DNA from: Squalus acanthias
Taxonomy: Eukaryota
Direction: 5' to 3'
Assembly: GCA_030390025.1 (NCBI GenBank)
Contig: JASTWF010000327.1
Location: 62,001-126,000 of the forward strand
DNA length: 64,000 nt
In this document: one piece after another, positions 11,911 through 24,671 of the stretch
Layout of the letters: the number at the start of each line of letters is the position of its first letter
Numbering within the stretch: position 1 is the stretch's first letter
Program-made: the position numbers and the translations under genes
The notes under the pieces: generated by a model
Told to the model about the DNA's origin: nothing
What the model saw: only the letters and a program-made list of their open reading frames with translations
Database searches by the model: none

Positions 11911-12730
11911 TCATATATGAACTCGCTGGTGTTTCAGCAGATCCTTTTTGCTTTTAAAGCTCTTCTCACAGTCATAACATTTAAAAGGTCTCTCCTCAGT
12001 GTGAACAAGTTGATGTTCAGTGAGGTGGGATGACTGAGTGAATCCCTTCCCACACATGGAGCAGATGAATGGCCTCTCCCCAGTGTGAACTCGCTGGTGC
12101 GTCAGAAGGCTGGATGAATCAGTGAATCCCTTCCCACAATCAGTGCAGGTGAACGGCCTCTCCCCAGTGTGAACTCGCAGATGTCTCAGCAGGTGGGATG
12201 ATCGGATGAATCCCTTCCCACACACGGAGCAGGTGAATGGTCTCTCTCCAGTGTGTGTATGTTGGTGTGTCAGCAGATGCTGTTTGCTTTTAAAACTCTT
12301 CTCACAGTCAGAACATTTAAAAGGTCTCTTGTCAGTGTGAACATGCTGGTGTGTGAGAAGGTGGGATGACTGAGTAAATCCCTTCCCACACACAGAGCAG
12401 GTGAATGGTCTCTCTCCAGTGTGAACTCGCTGGTGTATCAGCAGATCCTTTGTGCTTTTATAGCTCTTCTCACAGTCAGAACATTTAAAAGGTCTCTCCC
12501 CAGTGTGAACTCGCTGGTGTGCCAGGAGGTTTGATAAAGCATTAAATCCCTTCCCACATTCGATGCAGGTGAATTTCCTCTCTCCAGTATGCACTCGCTG
12601 GTGTGTATGGAGGCTGGATGACTGAGTGAATCCTTTCCCACACACAGAGCAGATGAACGGCCTCTCCCCCGTGTGACTGCGTCGATGAGTTTCCAGTTCA
12701 GATGGATAACCATTTCCACGGTTTCTCCAT
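11911..12730 (-). pseudogene. C2H2 ZNF cassette, 10 fingers, frameshifted in finger 1 (ZNF-C)
   Basis: ATG at 12730 is followed by a 23-nt deletion (820+23=843 nt, i.e. 280 aa + stop). The remaining 9 fingers are open. Confidence 0.8.
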
Positions 12731-13949
12731 GGTGCGGGTGTCCTTGTGTCTCTCCAGGTTGGATGATCAGTTGAAGCCTCGTCCACACACAGAACACGTG
12801 TACGGTTTCTCCCCGCTGTGAACGGTGCGATGTTTTTTCAGGCAGTGTAACTGGTTAAAGCTTTTTCCACAGTCAGTGCACTGGAACACTCTCACTCGGG
12901 TGTGTGTGTCTCGGTGCTTTTCCAGTCACTCTGATCTTTGAAATCTTTTCCCATACAGAACAGGCAAATATTTCTCCTTTCACATTCAAAGGCTGATGAT
13001 ATTCCCTGTAAAAGCAGTTTACAAAAGACATCACTGTAAGTTCAGGATAAAACTGCAGTACAGATAATTCTAGTTTCTATGGAACATTCTTTCCTCTCTT
13101 TTACATAGAATTACATAGATTGTACAGCACAGAAACAGGCCATTCGGCCCAACTAGTCCATGCGGTGTTTATGCTCCGCACGAGCCTCCTCCCATCTCTC
13201 TTCATCTCACCCTATCAGCATCTCCTTCTATTCCTTTCTCCCATGTGTTTATCCAGCTTCCCCTGAAATGCATCCCTGCTATTCGCCTCAACTACTCCCT
13301 GTGGCAGCAAGTTCCACATTCTCAGCACTCTCTGGGTGAAGGAGTTTAATCTAAATAAGACTTTCCTGGGCAGCCAATGAGCACTGCTGCCTCTTCTGTG
13401 CATTTCCTGGCGAGGCTAAACAGTTGATATTTTCTGATCAAAAAGAGCTGAGCTCGGCAGCATTAGTCCTGTTTTGCCTCCCTTGGAGACCAGGTGTACG
13501 AGCAGAGTGAGCGCAGCCTTCACAGCAACCGCAATAAAATTGTTACAGTTGTGAAGGAACTATGTGTCAGTGCACTGGACCACAAACAAAGTATGTGTCG
13601 ATTATTGTCTGATTGCGCTACTGTGACATTTTAAAGGCGCTATATAAAGGTAAGTTGTTGTTGGTGTGAGTTTGCGGTGTGTAAATGCTGCCCTTCTCAC
13701 AGCCTGTAAAAGGAGTTTCCAAAAGCCATGACTGTGAGTCCAGGATAGAAATTGACAAGATTCTCTCCTCCTGGTTCCTGGCCAAGGGGGCCGCGCATGC
13801 GCCCTGCTGCCCCCTGAGCCTGTCAAGATGGCGGCCGTTAACCCGGGCCTGTCACCGGGAGAAAGCCCCGCAGCTGCCGCCCCGCTCGGGGCAAAGGCCC
13901 GGCCCGGAGGCTCTTGTTCGGGGCCTGAGGCCCACCCCAGGTGTTTGTG

Positions 13950-14400
13950 CAGCGGATAATGTTGAGTGTTTTAATAATGGGGCCTGGGGCCGCACTCGGG
14001 GTGTGTGCAGCCCGCGTCCCCCCGGGGTTTATTAACCCGCTCCCTGAGCTCTCTCACCTGATGTGTCAGCGGCTGCTGCCAAGATCCGCGCATGCTCAGC
14101 TCTCCTTTCGTTGTTCAGGTTCAAAGGTCAAGACCCGCCCCTCCCACACTCCGATTGGTTGGAGGACCCGCCGCCCGCTCGGTCCTCCAGGCCCGCCCCG
14201 CTCTTCCTATTGGTCCGGAGCTCCCGTCAATTACCCGGGCAGTGTGAGCTGAGCATGCGCGGACCTTGGCAGCAGCCTGCTGACACATCAGGTGAGAGAG
14301 CTCAGGGAGCGGGTTAATAAACCCCGGGGGGACGCGGGCTGCACACACCCCGAGTGCGGCCCCCAGGCCCCATTATAAGATCAGTGAACATTATCCGCCT
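13950..14400. promoter_or_regulatory. Palindromic bidirectional CpG promoter P2 with mirrored first exons
   Basis: About 150-bp inverted arms (13951-14102 and 14246-14398), each carrying an NRF1-like GCGCATGC and a CAG|GTGAGA donor. The core has ATTGG (CCAAT) and CCGCCC boxes. Lies between divergent ZNF genes. Confidence 0.75.
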
Positions 14401-14805
14401 CCACCCGCGGGTTCCCGTTTCGCTCCGGCCCGAATCTCAACAAAGCCCCAAACTCCGGGAGAGACAGGAAGTGAGTCAGGGAGCGTCTGTAAATGGAGGA
14501 GAAATGGACACTGGTCAGGGAGCGTCTGTAAATGGAGGAGAAATGGTGATTGATCAGGGAGCGTCTGTAAATGGAGGATAAATTATTCATTATTTTGGGG
14601 CTTGGTTTATGTGAATAAATATATCACTAATTTCAATGAGACTCTTTTCTGTGCCCCAGCTCCTGTAAATACTGGCTGGCAAGGGGCCGGACTCTCAGGA
14701 GGCTCCACACCGCTGGCTGCTCGTGTGTCAGTGATCTCCCATCAGATTAAAGTGCTTCTGCTGTGTGTGTGTTTAACAAAGTGCCCGAAGCAGTTCATAA
14801 GGTGG

Positions 14806-15235
14806 GGAACCAATGAGTGTAGAACTGAACCCAGCCAGAGTCAGCACCTTCAGGGGAGGAGAGGGAGGGGAACCAGTGAGTGTAGATCTGAACCCAGCCA
14901 GAATCAGCACCTTCAGGGGAGGAGAGGGAGAGGAACCAGTGAGTGTAGAACTGAACCCAGCCAGAGTCAGCACCTTCACGGGAGGAGAGGGAGAGGAACC
15001 AGTGAGTGTAGAACTGAACCCAGCCAGAGTCAGCACCTTCAGGGGAGGAGAGGGAGGGGAACCAGTGAGTGTAGAACTGAACCCAGCCAGAGTCAGCACC
15101 TTCAGGGGAGGAGAGGTAGAGGAACCAGTGAGTGTAGAACTGAACCCAGCCAGAGTCAGCACCTTCAGGGGAGGAGAGGTAGAGGAACCAGTGAGTGTAG
15201 AACTGAACCCAGCCAGAGTCAGCACCTTCAGGGGA
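14806..15235 (+). repeat. 62-bp intronic minisatellite (about 7 copies)
   Basis: Unit gaaccagtgagtgtagaactgaacccagccagagtcagcaccttcaggggaggagagggagg. Confidence 0.95.
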
Positions 15236-15679
15236 GAATAAAAATGTTGGAGATGGTGCGATGGTTTAGATTTCAGCACAGGGAGGAGGGAGAGTGTGTG
15301 GGACGGGGATTTACAGCTTTGGGGAACAAGAGAGGAAAGAATGTTCCATAGAAACTAGAATTGTCTGTTCTGAATTTCTATCCTGTACTCACAGTGATGA
15401 CTTTTGTAAACTCCTTATACAGGGTATTAGAAGAGGGGGAGGATTTACAGCCGGGAAACTCAAACCAAACATCACTTCAAGATCTGACAGAGTCACTCAA
15501 TAGAGCAGGACCCGAATATCATCGGCGTTTGAATGTGGAAGGAGAAATGTTTTAACTAATTACACAGCCTGAAAAAACATCGCACCAATCACATTGGGGG
15601 CAAACAGTACACTTGTTCTGTGTGTGGACGAGGCTTCAACTGATCGTCCAACCTGGAGAGTCACAAGGACACCCGCACC

Positions 15680-16103
15680 ACGGAGAAAACCGTGGAAATG
15701 TGGGGACTGTGGGAAGGGATTCAATTACCCGTCTGAGCTGGAAATTCATCGACGCAGTCACACCGGGGAGAGGCCGTTCACCTGCTACGTGTGTGAGAAG
15801 GGATTCACTCAGTTATCCACCCTGCAGATACACCAGCGAATTCACACCGGGGAGAGGCCGTTCACCTGCCCCGTGTGTGGGAAGGGATTCACTCAGTCAT
15901 CTAATCTGCTGAGACACCAGCAAGGTCACACTGGGGAGAGGCCATTCACCTGCTCCATATGTGGGAAGATATTCTCTCAATTATCTGGCCTTCTGGCACA
16001 CCAGCGAGTTCATACAGGGGAGAGGCCATTCACCTGCTCCGTGTGTGGGAAAGGATTCAGCTGTCCATCCCACCTGCTGAAACACCAGCGAGTTCACAAG
16101 TGA
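15680..16103 (+). pseudogene. C2H2 ZNF cassette, 5 fingers, ACG start plus 1-nt insertion (ZNF-D)
   Basis: accACGgagaaaaccg has an extra A. 424 nt = 5 x 84 + 3 + 1. Confidence 0.75.
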
Positions 16104-16567
16104 CTGCAGGGGTTGGATTTGGCTGTTATTGCTGCTGTTGATCACATCCAGGACTGAACCATGTTCATTCTGACAGTTGGAGTTTGTTTCTGCTGATGTT
16201 AAACTCCAGCCCAGTTATTGGGGTTATTAGCATTTTGCATATATAGCTGATTGTGATCTCGGGGCTGTAGTGTCCCTTTAAGAACCGCTGTCTGTGATCT
16301 TTCCCCTTAATTCAGGGCCTCTCATCAGAAATTACTTAGCAATAAAATTAACTTTTACTTCAATCCTAAATTAATCTTTGGCACAAAATCTACAATTCAG
16401 TGTCTGAAAGGCACCTCCATTATCCACCAGAAAGAAGGGGAATGGGAATTGGTGGAGATCGAGAATCCCCAAATGTTGCTCCTCCCGTCTGGTACAGCAA
16501 TCCCGTCGGCACGGGAATGGAGACAAGTCCAATCCAAGTAACAGGCTGAGTTTAATCTTTCTGGGCC

Positions 16568-17012
16568 TGTGGGGTTGGTTTATATCAGACAGGAGGAGAT
16601 TGGTGTCAGTGACTGTGGGGTTGGTTTATATCAGACAGGAGGAGATTGGTGTCAGTGACTGTGGGGTTGGTTTATATCAGACAGGAGGAGATTGGTGTCA
16701 GTGTCTGTGGGGATAGTTTATATCAGACAGGAGGAGATTGGTGTCAGTGACTGGGGTTGGTTTATATCAGACAGGAGGAGATTGGTGTCAGTGACTGTGG
16801 GGTTGGTTTATATCAGACAGGAGGAGATTGGTGTCAGTGACAGTGGGTTGGTTTATATCAGACAGGAGGAGATTGGTGTCAGTGACTGTGGGGTTGGTTT
16901 ATATCAGACAGGATGAGATTGGTGTCAGTGACAAGGGTTGGTTTATATCAGACAGGAGGAGATTGGTGTCAGTGACTGGGGTTGGTTTATATCAGACAGG
17001 AGGAGATTGGTG
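16568..17012 (+). repeat. 46-bp minisatellite at the 3' end of a ZNF cassette
   Basis: Unit ggggttggtttatatcagacaggaggagattggtgtcagtgactgt. Confidence 0.95.
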
Positions 17013-17029
17013 TAATTGAATCATATCAG

Positions 17030-20000
17030 TTTAGGGCACAGGAGACCATTCTGCCCATCGTGTCTGTGCCGGCTGAAAAGAGCTCTCCAGCCTAATCCCA
17101 CTTTCCAGCTCTTGGTCCGTAGCCCTGTAGGTTACGGCACTCCAAATGCATATCCAAGTACTTCTTAAATACGATGAGGGTTTCTGCCTCTACCACCCTT
17201 TCAGGCAGTGAGTTGCAGACCCCCACCACCCTCTGGGTGAAAAAAATTCTCAACTCCCCTCTGATCCTGATACAAATTACTTTAAATCTGTGCCCCCTGG
17301 TTATTGACCTCCCTGCTAAGGGAAATAGGTCCTTCCTATCCACTCAATCTAGGCCCCTCATAATTTTATACACCTCAATTAAATCTCCCTTCAGCCTCCT
17401 CTCTTACAAAGAAAGTAACCCCAGCTGATCCAATCTTTCCTCATAGCTAAAATTCTCCAGACCTGGCAACATCCTCGTAAATCTCCTCTGTACCCTCTCT
17501 AGTGCAATCATAGAAACATAGAAGATAGGAGCAGGAGTAGGCCATTCGGCCCCTCGAGCCTGCTCCGCCATTTAATGAGATCATGGTTGATCATCCAAAC
17601 TCAGTACCCTGTACCTGCCTTCTCCCCATATCCCTTGATACCTTTAGCTTTAAGAAATATATCTAACTCATTCTTGAATATATTTAATGACTTGGCCTCA
17701 ACTACCTTCTGTGGTAGAGAATTCCACAGGTTCACCACTCTCTGGGTGAAGAAATTCTTCCTCATTTCTGTCCTAAATGGCTTACCCCTTATCCTTAGAT
17801 TATGACCCCTGGTTCTGGACTCTCCGACCATCGGGAACATTCTTCCTGCATCTAGTTTGTCCAGACCTGTCAGAATTTTATATGTTTCGATGAGATCCCC
17901 TCTCATTCTTCTATACTCCAGCGAGTATAAGCCCAATCGACCCAATCTCTCCTCATATGTCATTCTGCCATCCCAGGTATCAGCCTTGTGAATCTTCGCT
18001 GAACTCCTTCCATGGCAAGAACTTCCTTCCTCAGATAAGGCGACCAAAACTGCACACTGTACTCAAGGTGTGGTCTCACCAAGGCCCTGTACAACTGCAG
18101 CAGGACATCCCTGTTCCTATACTCAAACCCTTTCGCTATGAAGGCCAACATACCATTTGCCTTCTTCACCGCCTGCTGCACCTGCATGCTTACCTTCAGC
18201 GACTGGTGCACAAGGACACCCAGGTCTCGTTGCACTTCCCCTTCTCCCAATCTATTGCCATTCAGATAATAGTCTGCCTTTCTGTTTTTGACACCAAAGT
18301 GGATAACCTCGCATTTATCCACGTTATATTGCATCTGCCACGCTTCTGCCCACTCACCAAACCTGTCAAAATCATCCTGGAGTTCCTCAGTATCCTCCTC
18401 GGAGCACACACGCCCACCCAGCTTTGTGTCATCTGCAAACTTGGAGATATTACATTTAGTTCCCTTATCCAGATCATTAATGTATATTGTGAATAGCTGG
18501 GGTCCAAGGACCGAACCCTGCGGTACCCCACTAGTCACTGCCTGCCACTCGGAAAAAGACCCATTAATTCCTACTCTCTGCTTTCTGTCTGCCAACCAGT
18601 TCTCTATCCAAGTCAATACCTTGCCCCCAATCCCATGTGCCTTAACTTTACACGCTAATCTCTTATGCGGGACCTTATCGAAAGCCTTTTGAAAGTCCAA
18701 ATACACCACATCTACTGGTTCTCCCTTATCTATTTTCCCACTTACATCCTCAAAAAATTCCAGTAGATTAGTCAGGCACGATTTACCTTTTGTAAATCCA
18801 TGTTGACTTTGTCCGATCCTGTCACTGTTTTTCAAGTGCTCAGCTATTACATCCTTTATAATGGATTCTAGCATTTTCCCCACTACCGATGTCAGGCTTA
18901 CCGGTCTGTAATTCCCCGCTTTCTCTCTACCGCACTTTTTGAATAGCGGGGTAACATTAGCTACCCTCCAATCCATGGGTACAGTTCCAGATTCCATCCA
19001 ATGTTGGAAGCTGATCAGCAATGCATCTACTATTTCTAGGGCCACTTCCTTAAGTACCCTAGGATGTAGATTATCAGGCCCTGGGGATTTATCGGCCTTC
19101 AATCCCGTCAATTTCCCTAACACCATTTCCCTGCAAATACTCATTTCTTTCAGTTCCTCCCTTTCATCAGACCGTATGTTCTCCAAGATCTCTGGTAGGT
19201 TATTTGTGTCCTCCTTTGTGAAGACATAACCAAAATATTCATTTAATTGGTCTGCCATTTCCTTGTTCCCCATTATAACTTCCCTCACTTCTGACTGCAA
19301 GGGACCTACACTTGATTTCACTAATCACGTTTCCTGTAATGTGGTGACCAGAACTGTACAGTACTCTAGCTGTGGCCTAACTAGTGTTTTATACAGTTCT
19401 TGCATAACCTCCCTGCTCTTATATTCTATGCCTCGGCTAATAAAGCCAAGTATCCCGTATGCCTTCTTAACCACCTTATCTACGTGTCCTACTACCTTCA
19501 GGGATCTGTGGACATGCACTCCAAGGTCCCTCTGTTCCTCTACACTTCTCCGTGTCCTACCATTTATTGTGTATTCCCTTGCATTGTTAGCCCTCCCCAA
19601 ATGTATTACCTCACACTTCTCCGAATTGAATTCCATTTGCCACTGTTCTGCCCACCTGACCAGTCCATTGATATCTTCCTGCAGTCTGCAGCTTTCTTCC
19701 TCACTATCAACCATACAGCCAATTTTTGTATCATCTGCAAACTTCTTAATCATACCCCGCAAATTGAAGTCTAAATAATTGATGTATACCACAAAAAGCA
19801 AGGGACCCAGTACAGAGCCCTGCAGAACCCCACTGGAAACAGCCTTCCAGTCTCAATACCATTCATCGACCATTACCCTTTGTTTCCTGCCACTGAGCTA
19901 ATTTTGGATCCAACTTGCCACTTTCCCTTGGATCCCATGGGCTTTTACTTTTCTGACCAGTCTGCATGTGGGTACTTGTCAAAAGCCTTGCTAAAATCCG

Positions 20001-21350
20001 TGTAGACTACATCAAACGTGCTACCCTCATCGACCCTCCTTGTTACCTCCTCAAAAATTCAATCAAGTTAGTCAGACACGACCTCCCCTTAACAAATCCA
20101 TGCTGACTGTCCCTGATTAATCCTTGTCTTTCTAAATGAAGATTTATTCTGTCCCTCAGAATTTTTTCCAACAATTTGCCCACCACCAAGGTTAGGCTGA
20201 CTGGCCTGTAATTACTCAGTCTATCCCTTTCTCCCTTTTTAAACAACAGTATAATGTTAGCAGTCCTCCAGCACCACACCTATAGGCAGAGAGGATTGAA
20301 AAATGATGGTCAGAGCCTCTGCTATTTCGTCCCTTGCTTCTCTTAACAGCCTGGGACACATTTCACCTGGGCCTGGCGATTTATCTACTTTCAAAGATGC
20401 TAAACCCCTTAATACTTCCTCTCTCACTATGTTTATCTCATCTAATTTTTCACACTCCTCTTCCTCAACTACAATGTCTGCATCGTCCTTCTCTATTGTG
20501 AAGACAGACACAGAGTATTCATTAAGAGCCATACCCACGTCTTCCGCCTCCACACACAAGCTTCCATTTTGCTCTCTAATAGGCCCGACTCTTTAGTTAT
20601 CCTCTTGCTCCTTTATGTATTTATAGAACATCTTTAGGTTTTCCTTGATTTTACTTGCCAATAAGCCCTCTCTCTGCTTTCCTAATTTCCCTTTTTAATT
20701 TCACCCCTGCACGTTCTGTACTCCTCTCGGCTTTCTGCAGTATTTAGCTCTCAGTATCTGACATAAGCTTCCCTTTTTTGCCTTATCAAACCCTGTATAG
20801 ATTTAGGAGTCCCACCCTTTTTCTTTGTGGGAACATATTTGCTCTGAACCCTCACTATCTCCTCCTTGAATGCCTCCCACTGTTCTGACACTGATTTACC
20901 TTCAGGTAGCTGTTTCCAGTCCACTTTTGCTAAATCACATCTCAGCTTATTAAAATTGGCCTTTCCCCAACCGAGAACTTTTACTCCTGATCTATCTTTG
21001 TCCTTTTCCATAACTACGCTAAATATAACTGAATTATGATCACTACCACCAAAATACTCTCGCACTGATACCCCTTCCACCTGCCCAGCTTCATTCCCTA
21101 AAACTAAGTCCAGAACCACCCCCTCCCTTGTTGGGCTTGCTACGTACTGGTTAAAAAAAAGTTCTCCTGAAGGCATTTTAAGAATTCTGCTCCCTCTCTC
21201 CCTTTTATACTGATTCTATCCCAGTTAATGTGAGGGTAGTTGGAATCTCCTACTATTACTGCCCTATTGTTTTTGCACGTCTCAGAAATTTGCCTAATTA
21301 TTTTCTCTTCTATCTCCCTCTGTCTATTTGGGGTCCCAGCAGTGTAACTG
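17030..21350 (-). mobile_element. CR1 LINE, degraded ORF2, host of a nested CR1
   Basis: Fragments with SDHN (APE endonuclease), KSPGP, NYRPVSL, FADD and LVRPQLEY. Sequence is contiguous across 17510/19323. Confidence 0.9.
17511..19322 (-). mobile_element. CR1 LINE (RT domain to 3' end) nested in the previous CR1
   Basis: 453-aa ORF with YLDFQKAFD, GVPQGSVLGP and FADD. The short duplication aatca occurs at both junctions. Confidence 0.92.
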
Positions 21351-21384
21351 CCCCTTTACGTGATGTTTGGTCTGAGCTTCCTGT

Positions 21385-22695
21385 CTGTAAATGCTCCGGG
21401 AGGGGAGGGGAAGATGTGTTTGGTGGTGGGATCACGCTGGAGGTGGCAGAAATGGCGGAGGATGATCCGTTGAATGTGGAGGCTGGTGGGGTGAAAGGTG
21501 AGGACAAGGGGAACCCCATCGTGGTTCTGGGAGGAGGGGAAGGGGTGAGAGTAGAAGTGCAGGAAATGTCAACCACGGTAGAGGGGATTCCTCGGTTGAG
21601 GAAAAAGGAAGACATCGGAAGCACTAGTATGGAAGATGGCATCATCAGAACAGATGTGACAGAGACAGAGAAACTGGGAGAATGGAATAGAGTCCTTACA
21701 GGAAGCGGGGTGGGAGGAAGTGTAGTCCAGGTAGCTGTGGCAGTCAGTGGGCTTATGGTGGATGTTTGTCGACAGCCTATCCCCAGAAATGGAGACAGAG
21801 AAGTCGATGAAGGGAAGAGTTGGAAATGGACCATGTGAAGGTGAGCATGCGCGGCGCTGAGAAAGCTCCATCGATAGTGGCGCATGTGCGGTGTCAGCGT
21901 CAACTTAGTGTGGTGGCTGGAGCACCGGGACTTGTGGGTATTGCAGCCGCCATTACTGTTGATCTTTTCAACCAACCTTCCCGTGCAAGTGCAGGAGATG
22001 CAACACCTGCCCTTTTACCTCCTCCATTCCCACCGTCCAGGGCCCCAAACACTCATTACAGGTGAAACAGCGATTTACTTGTACTTCTTGCAATCTAGTA
22101 TACTGTATTCGCTGCTCACGATGCGGTCTCCTCTACACTGGGGAGACCAAACACAGATTGGGTGACCGCTTTGCGGAACACCTCCGTTCAGTCCGTAAGG
22201 GGGACCCCGAGCTTCCGGTCGCCTGTCACTTTAAATCTCCGCTCCACTCCCACTCTGACCTCGGCCTCTTACACTGTTCCAATGAAGCTCAACGGAAGCT
22301 CGAGGAACAGCACCTCATCTTTCTATTTGGCACTTTACAGCCTCCTAGACTCAACATTGAGTTCAACAATTTCAGACTATAACCTCTGCCCCTATTTTTT
22401 CAGGCGGCATCTGTTGATGATTCTGCCACCCCCATTTGCAACATTTAACCACTCCTGCCTTCCACCCTATCACAGACCGTCCCTTTTGTTCTTTCTCCCA
22501 CCCCGCCTTTCCCTGTCTCTGCACTTGCTTAAAATCTGTTACATCTCCAACTTTTTCCATTCTGATGAAGGGTCCCAGACCTGAAACGTTAACTCTGTTT
22601 CTCTCTCCACGGATGCTGCCTGACCTGCTGAGTGTTTCCAGCATTTTCTGTTGTTATTTCAGATTTCTAGCAGCCGCAGTATTTTGCTATTGTAT
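21385..22695. mobile_element. Penelope-like element with inverted 5' part
   Basis: RT C-terminal remnants on the minus strand (21390-21845). GIY-YIG (LVYCIRCSRCGLLYTGETK...RFAEH) on the plus strand at 22062-22382. Hammerhead-like ctgatga..gaaacgtta near 22562. Confidence 0.85.
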
Positions 22696-23039
22696 TATTT
22701 ATATCTTTCCTGAGGTGCGTTGTGTAAAACTGAACACAGTACCTGTTGGAAAATAAAGCGCTTCTACATAGGTTGAGCATTAAACAATGACTGAAGGGCT
22801 AACACAGGCACCATGGGCACCACCAAGTTAATCTGAGAGACTACATGCAGCTCGACGCTGAATTCTGACCACAGAAAGCACATTCTCGAGCAAAACCAGA
22901 TGGAACAGGAAGTTAAGGCGGAAACAGAAGCAGATGTCACTTGGCAGCAAACTCGCCTCTGACTCTGAAGGTTCTGGGTTCAAATCCCACTGCGAGTTTC
23001 AGCCAATGAGGGAGCTCCGGGCTGTGCCCCGCCCACTAG

Positions 23040-23310
23040 GTGCCGCAAGCCCCGCCCCTCCCACACTCCGATTGGTTGGGGGACCCGCCGCCAGCTCGGT
23101 CCTCCAGACCCGCCCCGCTCTTCCTATTGGTCCGCCAGCTCCAGTCAATCACCCGGGCAGTGTGAGCTGAGCATGCGCGGACCTTGGCAGCAGCCGCTGA
23201 CACATCAGGTGAGAGAGCTCAGGGAGCGGGTTAATAAACCCCGGGGGGACGCGGGCTGCACACACCCCGAGTGCGGCCCCAGGCCCCATTATTAAAACAC
23301 TCAACATTAT
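23040..23310 (+). promoter_or_regulatory. Single arm of the P2 promoter/first exon
   Basis: Near-identical to 14135-14398 and 44870-45110. Donor CAG|GTGAGA near 23208. Confidence 0.7.
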
Positions 23311-23926
23311 CCGCTTCACAAACACCCGGGGTGGGCCTCAGGCCCCGAACAAGAGCCTCCGGGCCGGGCGTTTGCCCCGAGCGGGGCGGCAGCTGCGGGG
23401 CTTTCTCCCGGTGACAGGCCCGGGTTAACGGCCGCCATCTTGACAGGCTCAGGGGGCAGCAGGGCGCATGCGCGGCCCCCTTGGCCAGGAACCAGGAGGA
23501 GAGAATCTTGTCAATTTCTATCCTGGACTCACAGTCATGGCTTTTGGAAACTCCTTTTACAGGCTGTGAGAAGGGCAGCATTTACACACCGCAAACTCAA
23601 ACCAAACATCACATCAAGATCTGACAGAGTCACTCCATTCATCAGGACCCGAATATCATCGGCCTCTGAATGTGGAAGGAGAAATGTTTGTCTGTTCTGT
23701 CTGTGGGAAAAGATTTCAAACATCAGTGTGACTGGAAAAGCACCGAGACACACACACCCGAGTGAGAGTGTTCCAGTGCACTGACTGTGGAAAGAGCTTT
23801 AACCAGTTACACAGCCTGAAAAAACATCGCACCGTTCACAGCGGGGAGAAACCGTACACGTGTTCTGTGTGTGGACGAAGATTCAACTGATCGTCCAACC
23901 TGGAGAGTCACAATGAATCCCGCACC

Positions 23927-24671
23927 ATGGAAAAACCGTGGAAATGTGGGGACTATGGGAAGGGATTCAGTTCCCCATCGAAGCTGGAAACTCATCGACG
24001 CAGTCACATTTACCTGCTCCGTGTGTGGGAAGGGATTCACTCATTCATCCAACCTTCTGAGACACCAGCGAGTTCACACTGGGGAGAGGCCATTCACCTA
24101 CTCCGTGTGTGGGAAGAGATTCACTCAGAGATCCAGCTTGCTGATCCACCAGCGAGTTCACACTGGGGAGAGGCCGTTCACCTGCTTCATGTGTGGGAAG
24201 GGATTCACTCGTTCATCTGAGCTTGTGAAACACCAGCACATTCACACACGAGAGAGGCTGTTCACCTGCTCCGTGTGTAAGAAAGGATTCACTTGTTCAT
24301 TCGAGCTTTTGAGACATCAACGCATTCACACTGGAGAGAGGCCATTCACCTGCTCCACGTGTGGGAAGGGATTTAATCGACCATCCAAACTTCTGACACA
24401 CCAGTGCATTCACACTGGAGAGAGGCCGTTCACCTGTTCCGTGTGTGGGAAGGGATTCACTAATTCATCTGATGTTCTGACAGACCAGCGAGTTCACACT
24501 GGGGAGAGACTGTTCACCTGCTCCATGTGTGGGAAGGGATTCACTTGTTCATCCAGCCTGCTGACACACCAGCGAGTTCACACTGGGGAGAGGCCGTTCA
24601 CCTGCTCCGTGTGTGGGAAGGGATTCACTCAATCATCCCACCTGCTGAGACACCAGCGAGTTCACAAGTGA
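23927..24671 (+). pseudogene. C2H2 ZNF cassette, 9 fingers, 14-nt deletion after finger 1 (ZNF-E)
   Basis: 745+14=759 nt = 252 aa + stop. Also Cys>Tyr and His>Asp ligand losses. Confidence 0.8.

Noticed and set aside
11911..12786. ORF-track N-termini such as [11 protein letters not shown].. (also 23871, 15594)
   Set aside because: Non-ATG starts in a shifted frame of the leader, joined to the array only through frameshift lesions.
14602..15351. Repetitive ORFs here and at 32005-33063, 26318-27030 and 41450-42041
   Set aside because: Translations of minisatellites.
16568..17012. CRISPR-like arrays
   Set aside because: Head-to-tail units with no unique spacers, no cas genes, and a vertebrate context.
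22930..22992. tRNA gene
   Set aside because: Only a B-box-like SINE head; no complete cloverleaf or terminator.
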